From an uncultured virus (IMG/VR IMGVR_UViG_3300025000_000080) (taxonomy: Duplodnaviria > Heunggongvirae > Uroviricota > Caudoviricetes): a stretch of DNA of 20,000 nt. The notes below the pieces were generated by a model, which searched no databases, was not told the origin of the DNA, and worked only from the letters and a program-made list of their open reading frames with translations. Below are positions 1 through 6,993 of this stretch, in pieces. How positions within the stretch are numbered: the stretch's first letter is position 1; every line of letters begins with the position of its first letter. The stretch lies in IMG/VR virus record IMGVR_UViG_3300025000_000080, positions 53,188 through 73,187 of that record; one strand, 5' to 3'. The position numbers and the translations under genes were made by a program.

Positions 1-187
1 TGCGCTGGCACCATTCCTTCAGCGGAATCCAGTCGTCAAGGCCATTCTCCGTCTGAATGATAGGAGGCTGACGAGCGCCCTGCGAGCGCTGTACCTGCTC
101 CAACTGCGCCTGAAGTTGAGGCGCCATCACCGCTAATTGCCCCAGTAGATCTATCAATTCGCCTATCGTCAGGTCACGCACGTTCAT
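1..187 (-). CDS. Partial small protein (runs off the left edge), possible HTH/excisionase-like regulator
   Basis: Own translation: ATG at 187 after GGAGTG; MNVRDLTIGELIDLLGQLAVMAPQLQAQLEQVQRSQGARQPPIIQTENGLDDWIPLKEWCQR..., open to the edge. Has its own promoter and lies divergent from the att/integrase. The function is a guess. Confidence 0.55.
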   Translation of the reverse strand, partial: MNVRDLTIGELIDLLGQLAVMAPQLQAQLEQVQRSQGARQPPIIQTENGLDDWIPLKEWCQR

Positions 188-213
188 ATTCACTCCAGCA
201 AGGCACTGCTAGG

Positions 214-242
214 AGTATGGACGAGGCGCAACCGGTCGTCAA
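214..242 (-). promoter_or_regulatory. sigma70-type promoter for the leftward gene
   Basis: Minus strand TTGACG-17 nt-CATACT, with an AT-rich tract (about 247-270) upstream. Confidence 0.6.
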
Positions 243-550
243 GGACTTTTAAAATACTCTTTTACTTTTAAGCAGAGAATTATCTACCAACTGGGTGGAG
301 ATATTCGAGATAGCGAAATCTAATGGACAGCCAGATACCACTATGGCATGATCAAACGCAGTAGCCATTTCCTGCAGACGCTGCCGCTCATGCCGCTCTA
401 GCACCAACAATACTCGCCCGCACCCGTAGCATTTCCCGTAGCAGTGACACCTGATTCGGGACAGTAATCAGTAGCAATACGCTAACGCGACTCACTTGTA
501 AGCCTGCGAAAGATCGAAACAAGTGCTGTAATAGTCCAGTGTGCTTTCCC

Positions 551-594
551 GATTCGTAATCAGCAGGTCGCCGGTTCGAATCCGGCCTTCGGCT
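551..594 (+). mobile_element. att core (attP-like): 3' half of tRNA-Thr(CGT)
   Basis: GATTCGTAATCAGCAGGTC-GCCGG-TTCGAAT-CCGGC-CTTCGGC-T gives an anticodon loop (CGT), T-arm and 3' acceptor strand. No D-arm or 5' acceptor strand upstream. Lies 90 nt before the integrase. Confidence 0.85.
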
Positions 595-606
595 TTCAAC
601 GAAATC

Positions 607-641
607 AAGGGGTTGTGCCTGACTGGTGCAGCCCCTTTTTT
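607..641 (+). terminator. Intrinsic terminator after the tRNA fragment
   Basis: AAGGGGTTGTGCC-TGACT-GGTGCAGCCCC-TTTTTT, a stem with G.U pairs plus U tract. Confidence 0.75.
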
Positions 642-684
642 CGTTCCGGTCGCGAATCCGTAGCAGTCGCATCGGGAGGTATCC

Positions 685-1785
685 ATGGGCACTACCAAGC
701 AGGGTAAGCGACTCCCACCGGGGATAATCGAGCGAGTCTACCCTACCGGACGGAAGGTCTACCGGGTCGAAGTCCGGATCAAGGGGTATGCACCCCAGGT
801 GAAAACCTTCGACCGCCTCCAGGACGCTAAATACTGGCAGGACACGACCAAGGCGGTCATTAGAGAAGAGAGGCTCAGACCCGATGTTGTGGCCCAGAGT
901 CGCACCGTGGCAGACCTGATCGACCGGTATATAGACGAGGTGCTTCCCAATAGGCCGAAGAGCGCCCGGGACACTGAGCGAGAGCTCTTCTGGTGGAAGG
1001 CGCAACTGGGAGATGTAGCGTTGCCAGATGTCGCTGCCACCATGCTTACCCAGGCTCGAGACGATCTTGCACGAGGACTGACTCCCCGCGGTCAGGTCCG
1101 GACACCTGCCACGGTCAACCGGTACCTGGCTGCACTCAGTACCGCGTTCACCGCTGCAGTCAAGGACTGGGGATGGATGGATGCCAACCCGATGGTCAAG
1201 GTCCGAAAGCAGCGTGAACCTCGAGGCCGAACCCGGTTTTTGACCGACTCCGAGCGGGCACAGTTACTCGAGGCGGCGAAGCGTCAGAACCCGGCTATGT
1301 ACCCGGTAGCAGTCCTGCTCATCTACACCGGTTGCCGGCTGTCCGAGATCATGGGCCTGCGCTGGGAACAGGTGGATATCGAGCACCGTCACCTGGTACT
1401 GCGCGAGGGGACGACTAAGAACAGCGAACCTCGCTACGTCCCCCTAGCTGCACCTGCGCTGGGCGCAATCCGAGACTGGACGAACCATCACCGGCTACTC
1501 GGTGTGGATCTGCTCTTCCCTAGTACGATCGACACCTGTAAACCCCTGGACCTAAAGCGAGCTTGGGACGCATGCATCCGCGAGACTGGGTTACAGGGCG
1601 TCACCCGGCACACGCTCAGACACACAGCCGCCAGCTACCTGATCATGTCCGGCGCCAGCCTCGCCGACGTGGCTGCTATTCTGGGTCACAAGTCCCTCCA
1701 GATGACCATGCGCTACTCCCATCTGTTAAACGCGCACAAGCAGGAGATCGTGGACCGCATGGCTGAGAAGTTCCCCTCCAAGTAA
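685..1785 (+). CDS. int: Tyrosine recombinase / phage integrase
   Basis: RBS GGGAGGT. Catalytic motifs TGCRLSEI (R), TTKN (K), HTLRH (HxxR), LGH and RYSH (Y). Core-binding segment TPATVNRYLAALS. Confidence 0.96.
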   Translation: MGTTKQGKRLPPGIIERVYPTGRKVYRVEVRIKGYAPQVKTFDRLQDAKYWQDTTKAVIREERLRPDVVAQSRTVADLIDRYIDEVLPNRPKSARDTERELFWWKAQLGDVALPDVAATMLTQARDDLARGLTPRGQVRTPATVNRYLAALSTAFTAAVKDWGWMDANPMVKVRKQREPRGRTRFLTDSERAQLLEAAKRQNPAMYPVAVLLIYTGCRLSEIMGLRWEQVDIEHRHLVLREGTTKNSEPRYVPLAAPALGAIRDWTNHHRLLGVDLLFPSTIDTCKPLDLKRAWDACIRETGLQGVTRHTLRHTAASYLIMSGASLADVAAILGHKSLQMTMRYSHLLNAHKQEIVDRMAEKFPSK

Positions 1786-1792
1786 TCTCCTC

Positions 1793-1821
1793 TTGCATTA
1801 CGTCCCGGCTGGTCGTATAAT
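1793..1821 (+). promoter_or_regulatory. sigma70-type promoter with operator A in the spacer
   Basis: TTGCAT-17 nt-TATAAT. Confidence 0.75.
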
Positions 1822-1848
1822 ACAGCGTACCCTTTTGCCGAGGACAAC

Positions 1849-2097
1849 ATGAACTATCTTACTCAAGACGAGATTGCTGAGCGATATGGCCGTAGTACAC
1901 GGGCGGTGCGTCGATGGCTCAGTGACGGGTTGCTCGCCGGTGATGCACTTACCGATGAGCAGGGGTGGGTACCCGCTGACCAGGCTAAAGATCTAACCGT
2001 CCGCCGTTACCGTATTCCCCACGATGCGGTAGACGGGTTCATCTTGCCGAAAAAGCGGAATCCGAACCCGATTCCGCCGTCTCGAAAAAAATCGTGA
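1849..2097 (+). CDS. Excisionase-like (HTH_17/MerR-type) DNA-binding protein
   Basis: YLTQDEIAERYGRSTRAVRRWLSDGLL...RYRIP pattern; RBS GAGGA. Confidence 0.8.
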   Translation: MNYLTQDEIAERYGRSTRAVRRWLSDGLLAGDALTDEQGWVPADQAKDLTVRRYRIPHDAVDGFILPKKRNPNPIPPSRKKS

Positions 2098-2124
2098 TTT
2101 TTTTACGAAAGTGAATTTTACCTG

Positions 2125-2153
2125 TTGACATATGTCCAGCCGGGACATATAAT
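2125..2153 (+). promoter_or_regulatory. Perfect-consensus sigma70 promoter overlapping palindromic operator A
   Basis: TTGACA-17 nt-TATAAT, containing the inverted repeat ATATGTCC...GGACATAT. Confidence 0.88.
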
Positions 2154-2187
2154 CCTAATCAGATAATCGAGGTTGGGAGGACAACTA

Positions 2188-2436
2188 ATGACAGCAGCCC
2201 AGATCAGGACAAGGCGAAATTCAGAGAAGGCCGAGCAGATCGAGCGGCAGACTCAGCGGAACACCGCCAGCAGTCGCAAGATGATGGAGGCGCTTCAAGC
2301 GTTGGATATGGAGTCGAAGTCTGATGAGTGGATGCTGGCATTCGAGCAGTACGACATCCGGGAGTTGGCCCGGGGTACTGACGCAGTGGGGCAGCCAATA
2401 AAGCCGCCCTACAAGTATCGAAATGTGAAGTTGTAG
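2188..2436 (+). CDS. Hypothetical protein (82 aa)
   Basis: GGAGG RBS then ATG 2188 (MTAAQIRTRR...); first gene after the consensus promoter. Confidence 0.7.
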   Translation: MTAAQIRTRRNSEKAEQIERQTQRNTASSRKMMEALQALDMESKSDEWMLAFEQYDIRELARGTDAVGQPIKPPYKYRNVKL

Positions 2437-2548
2437 TTTTCAGCGGGCGCCCTCAGCCCGACCCCGGCATTGTGCCGGAGTCCAACCCTGGCCCCGATAC
2501 CGAGACGGTGGGGCCGAGAGCGGCGGGAAGCCGCAAGGGAGATGGGAG

Positions 2549-2764
2549 ATGGACGAGACACGGATCGAGTGGGCGGCGGTGGTGGACGCGAGTGGGGGTG
2601 TCGGTCGGTCCCTGCCCGTCCCGGTTGGCGGAACCGCAGGGGACGAACGCGATTCCGAACTCGGCAGGTACGCCACCGAGGCCGAGGCGGATGCTGCGCT
2701 CGAGGCTGCGTATCCTGGTTGGGAGTGGCGCCGAGGGCACGTGTACGCTCACCCCGACTACTGA
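2549..2764 (+). CDS. Hypothetical protein (71 aa)
   Basis: AAGGGAG RBS; fits between intergenic hairpins. Confidence 0.65.
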   Translation: MDETRIEWAAVVDASGGVGRSLPVPVGGTAGDERDSELGRYATEAEADAALEAAYPGWEWRRGHVYAHPDY

Positions 2765-2839
2765 CCCCGAGCCCGCCGGGAGCCTATCCCGGCTCGCTCC
2801 TCCGTGTCCCCGATGACCGGGGGCAGAGAGGAACGACCC

Positions 2840-2868
2840 TTGACTTCCCTCTCCCCGCCGGGTATATC
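2840..2868 (+). promoter_or_regulatory. Probable promoter overlapping operator B
   Basis: TTGACT-17 nt-TATATC (imperfect -10), overlapping TCCCC-GCC-GGGTAT. Confidence 0.55.
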
Positions 2869-2897
2869 TCCAGAGGGGGATAACCGGAGGATACACG

Positions 2898-3098
2898 ATG
2901 AAATGGTACTCAGTTCGTGCGGCGGCCCGAGAACTCGGGTTCGCCGACAAAAACTCAATCCGCCAATTGGCGGACCGGAAACGGGCGCCGCTGCAACTGG
3001 ACTATGCCCGGGACCCAGAGGGCCAGCCCCTGGAGCCCAGGCAGCCCCTGGTTTCGGAGGCGGAGATTGCCCGGATTCGGGCGGAGCGGGCGAAGTAA
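2898..3098 (+). CDS. Small HTH DNA-binding protein (excisionase/MerR-like)
   Basis: WYSVRAAARELGFADKNSIRQL...LVSEAEIARI; GGAGG RBS. Confidence 0.7.
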   Translation: MKWYSVRAAARELGFADKNSIRQLADRKRAPLQLDYARDPEGQPLEPRQPLVSEAEIARIRAERAK

Positions 3099-3102
3099 AA
3101 TA

Positions 3103-3155
3103 ATCCCCAATGGGTATCTTTTTCTGTTGACACGCATACCCGCTGGGGATATACT
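3103..3155 (+). promoter_or_regulatory. sigma70 promoter with two copies of operator B
   Basis: TTGACA(3127)-17 nt-TATACT(3150). ATCCCCAATGGGTAT at 3103-3117 and an inverted copy ATACCCGCTGGGGAT at 3136-3150. Confidence 0.85.
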
Positions 3156-3213
3156 TATATCATCAACGGTCGCAATGAGGCGGCCGGAGATTAAGACGAG
3201 AAGGAGAATAGAA

Positions 3214-3408
3214 ATGAAATCGTACCAACTCATCCAGAACACCGGCGTATACACCCCTGGCGTCCACGCCTTCGAGCCCGACGAGGAGATCCCCGCCGGC
3301 AACTGGTCGGGTGTGGTTGAGACCATCGACCAGCAGGAGGGCGAGTCCAATACCGACTTCGAGGCACGGGTGACCGCCCGCTGCCGGAAATTGGACGCTT
3401 CGCTATAG
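3214..3408 (+). CDS. Hypothetical acidic protein (64 aa)
   Basis: AAGGAG RBS, ATG 3214 (MKSYQLIQNTG...). Confidence 0.7.
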   Translation: MKSYQLIQNTGVYTPGVHAFEPDEEIPAGNWSGVVETIDQQEGESNTDFEARVTARCRKLDASL

Positions 3409-3502
3409 CCTCCGCCCCTTGATCGATCGCCCGACTGCCAGACGGACGATCGGATGAACGGACGACAACAGCCCGGGAGACCGGGCACAGCAAGGAGATG
3501 AA

Positions 3503-3835
3503 GTGAGTTACTTTTTCGATAGCCATGGGCAGTTATGGCAGGCTCTGTGGGGCCGGCATAAATATCAGGACCGTAACGGGCAGGAAGTTGAGCCGTTCGG
3601 TCCGACCGGGGCGGCCGTCCCGGTCCGTAGATTGTCGGCGGCGGGTATCGCTCCCCGTCCAGGTCAGACGGCCCACGCGGCGGCACACGGCCGCGTAACG
3701 GTATCGGAGGATGGGTGGTCCCTGCTGGATGCGGAGCGGGACTGGCCGCCCACCGACGAGGCGTGGGATACGCGCCACCGGCTGCACTCCAGGTGGGACG
3801 AGGCGGCTATCGTGCTACCGCCTCAGACCACCTGA
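3503..3835 (+). CDS. Hypothetical protein (110 aa)
   Basis: AAGGAG RBS, GTG start. Confidence 0.6.
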   Translation: MSYFFDSHGQLWQALWGRHKYQDRNGQEVEPFGPTGAAVPVRRLSAAGIAPRPGQTAHAAAHGRVTVSEDGWSLLDAERDWPPTDEAWDTRHRLHSRWDEAAIVLPPQTT

Positions 3836-3882
3836 TTTGCCCGTCCTCCCCGTCGTCTGGGGGGGGACGACGAATAGCACCG

Positions 3883-3905
3883 GGCCCGCTTCGGCGGGCC
3901 GTTTT
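3883..3905 (+). terminator. Putative (leaky) intrinsic terminator
   Basis: GGCCCGC-TTCG-GCGGGCC-GTTTT: cUUCGg tetraloop and a short U tract. Confidence 0.55.
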
Positions 3906-3972
3906 CTCCTGCCCCCGACGATCGGAGGCAGAGGAAAACGGACGAAACAGCCCGAGAGGGCAGGAGGACGAG

Positions 3973-4236
3973 ATGAAGCACCGATACACTCTCCACGCCA
4001 CTGACTACCAACTCAAGCCCAAGGTAGTCATAGCAAGCCCCTGCGGCTGGCATGTCCGGCCGGTCACGCCCGGCGAACGTGTATTCTCCCGGCAGGGCAC
4101 AGCGTCCGCCGTCGTGCCGGACGGCATCGACGGTGCCGTACTCGCCGAGCACATCCTGTGGCTCAAGGATGGCGAGGTCGTTTCCGGGGCGATATTGTGG
4201 AGGGCGGGCGGTGCATCCGCCGCTCGCGTGGAATAA
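3973..4236 (+). CDS. Hypothetical protein (87 aa)
   Basis: AGGAGG RBS, ATG 3973 (MKHRYTLH...). Confidence 0.7.
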   Translation: MKHRYTLHATDYQLKPKVVIASPCGWHVRPVTPGERVFSRQGTASAVVPDGIDGAVLAEHILWLKDGEVVSGAILWRAGGASAARVE

Positions 4237-4244
4237 ACGCGCAG

Positions 4245-4280
4245 TTCAGACAGTTGGTCGCGGCTAGCTGGCCGCTGTAA
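4245..4280 (+). pseudogene. 3' remnant of a paralogue of the 5842-6642 gene
   Basis: Reads FRQLVAASWPL* versus FRQLVAAIWPL* at the end of 5842-6642. TGGCCGCTGTAATCG is shared across the stop codon. Confidence 0.65.
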
Positions 4281-4388
4281 TCGATTTGGACGCCCACCGT
4301 CCCTTGATCGATCGCCCGACTGCCAGACGGACGATCGGATGAAGTGGCGAAACAACAGCCCGGCAAGACCGGGCAGAAGGAGAACGAG

Positions 4389-4586
4389 ATGGATCTGAAA
4401 AACGTAGTGGTTCCACCTGGATACGCCGTCCGCCCGGACGGTTGTATCTACCCGCGAAGCAGTGTAACGGACATGGCAGCCGCACTGGAGTTGCGGAGGA
4501 GGCGGGAGGCAGCGAGAGAATACTCCCGTGTTCACCCCGAAGAGGTGTGCGACGTAACCGCCTGGAAAGAGACTGATGAGGGTTGA
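4389..4586 (+). CDS. Hypothetical protein (65 aa)
   Basis: AAGGAG RBS, ATG 4389 (MDLKNVVVPPG...). Confidence 0.65.
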   Translation: MDLKNVVVPPGYAVRPDGCIYPRSSVTDMAAALELRRRREAAREYSRVHPEEVCDVTAWKETDEG

Positions 4587-4650
4587 CCCCGTCCTTTCGG
4601 AGACGTGAGACGCCCGGAATACCGGGCAAAGGAGACGAAGGAGAACGATC

Positions 4651-5397
4651 ATGCTGAATCTGTGTCATTTCGCCGTCGCCGTCGCGGGTGTCACGTACCC
4701 CGCGGCGGTCCCTGCTCCGCTCGTTTTCACTCCGGTCACCGCGCCGGGCAGTCATCCGGCGTTCCCGGTGCTGTTGGGGTTTAACGGCCCCGATGTGCGC
4801 TTATGGAGGTCGACGGACGGCTCTTCCGTCGGACTCGACGGCGGTGTTGAGAGTCACGATGGCGTAGTCATCGTGCCCCGATTTGCCCCTGCGGTCCGGT
4901 GGGTTCGCGCTGCCGGGCTCATCCCGTTCTGCGTCCCGCTTTCCGGCCAGCGGCAGCAGAACGGGTCGTTTGTCTGCGACGTCCTTGAGCCTGCTCCGGA
5001 GGGGCTCGAGGTGGAATTCCTCGACCCGGGCGAGTGGCCCGAGGACTCGGAAGACGAGTGTATGGACGACACTCCGACGTGGCAGGCGGCGGGGTTTATC
5101 AAGTGTCCCACCCTCCCGCTCATGGCCTACCACCTTCACCGGGCGATCCCCGGGTCGTTCGCGGTGGAGGTCGCCGACGGTCCGGATCTGGCGCAGGTCC
5201 CCGTCGAGTTACAGACACTCCGGTTGCCGGGCGGGACGGTGCAGGTGCCCCCCGGGTGCGAGGGGTACGACGCGATCCTGGTGCCGCAGGACGGGCGGAT
5301 CATCGATGCCGTCCATGTCACATATCCCGGGGTCGCGATTCTTGTCACCGACGTCACGAGGTCGGGACAGCGGACCGGGCTGTTTCAGGTCCGGTGA
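4651..5397 (+). CDS. Hypothetical protein (248 aa)
   Basis: AAGGAG RBS; long ORF bounded by hairpin repeats. Confidence 0.75.
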   Translation: MLNLCHFAVAVAGVTYPAAVPAPLVFTPVTAPGSHPAFPVLLGFNGPDVRLWRSTDGSSVGLDGGVESHDGVVIVPRFAPAVRWVRAAGLIPFCVPLSGQRQQNGSFVCDVLEPAPEGLEVEFLDPGEWPEDSEDECMDDTPTWQAAGFIKCPTLPLMAYHLHRAIPGSFAVEVADGPDLAQVPVELQTLRLPGGTVQVPPGCEGYDAILVPQDGRIIDAVHVTYPGVAILVTDVTRSGQRTGLFQVR

Positions 5398-5461
5398 TGC
5401 CGTTTTCTCCTGCCCCCGATGTCCGGAGGCAGAGGAGAACGAAGTTGCAAAGGAGTATGAG

Positions 5462-5761
5462 ATGCAGGTTCAGTGGAAAGCCGGGTGTGGTTATGGCCGC
5501 AATCCGATCCAGGGGCGGCGGATAGTCGTATCGTGGGACCCCTCCACCGAAAAGGTGGGGGAACTGGTGAAGGTGGTAAGCCCGGGACACGGATACATCC
5601 CTTTGGAGTATCGGCACGTAGATGTGACCGTTGAGCAGGCGGAGCACCTCGCCCGGTTCGGCACCCACGCCGACCGGATCGCGATGGAAAACCAGGAGGC
5701 GGAAGGGCGCCGCCGCTACCGTGAGGAATGGGCGCAGATTCTCGGTGTCACTGCGCTCTGA
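5462..5761 (+). CDS. Hypothetical protein (99 aa)
   Basis: AAGGAG RBS then ATG 5462 (MQVQWKAGCGYG...); 3' part of track ORF 4883..5761. Confidence 0.7.
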   Translation: MQVQWKAGCGYGRNPIQGRRIVVSWDPSTEKVGELVKVVSPGHGYIPLEYRHVDVTVEQAEHLARFGTHADRIAMENQEAEGRRRYREEWAQILGVTAL

Positions 5762-5841
5762 CTACGCCTGACACCGATGCCCGATGTGAGGCGGGCATCG
5801 TGGACAACAACGAAAACGAAAACGAAGAAGGGGAGAGTGGA

Positions 5842-6642
5842 ATGGAAGCAATCCTGAAGCAGCTCGGTATCGCCCTGACCACAACGGAAATCTGGCGTAA
5901 GTGGACGCGGCAGATTTCATTTTACGACAATAGCCACTGCCCCAACGGCAGACTGAATCAGACAATCCAGACTGATGGGCGCATTGCCTACAGCGCCCGG
6001 GAATACACTCACCAGCCGAATGACCACTTTACCGGCGGCGGGCACAAGACCGTCACCGTGACATCGTGGACGTGGCTTCTCGTCCTCGCGGACGGGAAGC
6101 ACCTGAACGGCTCGCAGTGGCGGCACATCTCAGAGGTGATTGTGACCGCCGAAGCGGACCCTGAAAAGGTTCTGACCGTCGTCGCCCTCGAGTTGTACGG
6201 CGGCCCTGCCGACGCCGGTTATCTCCATATCCAGACCGCCCAGCAGGCGCGGACGTGGATCGAGACACACTACCTTATCGGGACCCGGGCATCGGACGGT
6301 GCCATACTCTTCCGTCGCCGCACCGAGTGGGCGGAGTGGAAGACCCGCCCGCCCGTCGTTGCCCGGCTCGTCGAGCAGTTCGGATCGAGCGTTGTCGTCG
6401 CGCCGCCGCCGGTACCGATGGAGCATACCGATGAGACTCGGGCGATGTTTCCCGGGAGTCGCCAGACCGTACCCGAGGACCTGCTTGACGCGGGACCTAC
6501 GGTGATGACCCGGCCCAATGTCCGGGCGTATCTACGGAGCGTGCGACCTGATGCGGTGGCGGCATATGACGCGCATGACGGCGTGTCCCACTACGGGCAC
6601 GGGCCGTTCCGGCAACTGGTGGCGGCCATCTGGCCGCTGTAA
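5842..6642 (+). CDS. Hypothetical protein (266 aa)
   Basis: A-rich leader, GGGGAG RBS, ATG 5842 (MEAILKQLG...). Confidence 0.75.
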   Translation: MEAILKQLGIALTTTEIWRKWTRQISFYDNSHCPNGRLNQTIQTDGRIAYSAREYTHQPNDHFTGGGHKTVTVTSWTWLLVLADGKHLNGSQWRHISEVIVTAEADPEKVLTVVALELYGGPADAGYLHIQTAQQARTWIETHYLIGTRASDGAILFRRRTEWAEWKTRPPVVARLVEQFGSSVVVAPPPVPMEHTDETRAMFPGSRQTVPEDLLDAGPTVMTRPNVRAYLRSVRPDAVAAYDAHDGVSHYGHGPFRQLVAAIWPL

Positions 6643-6780
6643 TCGGTTGGGGGCCGCCTCTTGATCCCCCGGCAAAACTGGGCATGGGGATGCACCAATT
6701 TCCGGTAACCGCCCTTCGAATCGCCGCCCGGCACTGTCGGACGGCGGGACGAATGACGGAGAGTAACAACAGGAGGTTTT

Positions 6781-6993
6781 ATGGACGACGTGAAACATTT
6801 TCTCAGCGACTACGCACGCCATATCAGAGAGGCACAGCGAAACCTCCCTGAAACACTGTACAAGCAGCACCCTCTTTCCAACGACTGGTGCGACGACACC
6901 GGCAATGTGGTCTATCGGGGACCGACGCCGGACGGATACCGGCGAGTGAGCGACATCCCACTGAAATGGGAGATGGAGGATGCCAATGATTAA
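6781..6993 (+). CDS. Hypothetical protein (70 aa)
   Basis: AGGAGGT RBS. Confidence 0.7.
   Translation: MDDVKHFLSDYARHIREAQRNLPETLYKQHPLSNDWCDDTGNVVYRGPTPDGYRRVSDIPLKWEMEDAND

Larger units (their letters stand above)
423..667 (+). repeat. Putative integrase arm-type binding sites (CCGTAGCA direct repeats)
   Basis: CCCGTAGCA 423-431, CCCGTAGCAGT 435-445, CAGTAGCAA 469-477, CCGTAGCAGT 658-667, on both sides of the tRNA fragment. Confidence 0.55.
3416..4343 (+). repeat. 43-bp identical direct repeat (3416-3458 and 4301-4343)
   Basis: CCCTTGATCGATCGCCCGACTGCCAGACGGACGATCGGATGAA, each followed by ACAACAGCCCGG-N4-5-CCGGGCA and AAGGAG. Confidence 0.9.
3899..5441 (+). repeat. Near-identical long hairpin repeat (3899-3941 and 5400-5441)
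   Basis: CCGTTTTCTCCTGCCCCCGA-N4-CGGAGGCAGAGGA(A/G)AACG in both copies. Confidence 0.85.
2460..6746 (+). repeat. Dispersed intergenic hairpin family: stem-CCCG-loop(5-9 nt)-CGG(A/G)-stem, 9 copies
   Basis: Copies at 2460-2482, 2805-2825, 3424-3452, 3909-3931, 4309-4337, 4585-4604 (degenerate), 5410-5432, 5775-5800 and 6722-6746. Outer stems differ in sequence but keep pairing. Confidence 0.75.

Noticed and set aside
520..600. Complete tRNA-Thr gene
   Set aside because: No 5' acceptor strand (GCCGAAG expected) or D-arm, and the anticodon stem is incomplete; it is an att fragment
388..1005. 205-aa minus-strand ORF
   Set aside because: Antisense to the integrase and crossing the att site; no motifs
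3416..4343. CRISPR array from the 43-bp repeat
   Set aside because: Only two copies, 885 bp apart with genes between them; no cas genes
2955..4755. Long minus-strand ORFs (2955..3686, 4005..4652, 4264..4755)
   Set aside because: Shadow ORFs in GC-rich DNA opposite + strand genes that have clear RBSs and promoters
4883..5461. 5' extension of track ORF 4883..5761
   Set aside because: Arg/Ser-rich off-frame overlap of 4651..5397; a better start with RBS lies at 5462
5804..5830. AACGAA tandem microrepeat as a contingency locus
   Set aside because: Only about three units; better explained as an unstructured A-rich leader before the RBS
685..6746. Classical integron (IntI plus attC array)
   Set aside because: The integrase looks phage-type, sits beside a tRNA att core and shows no obvious IntI-specific insertion. 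The hairpins lack RYYYAAC/GTTRRRY ends. Only a non-classical analogue remains possible.
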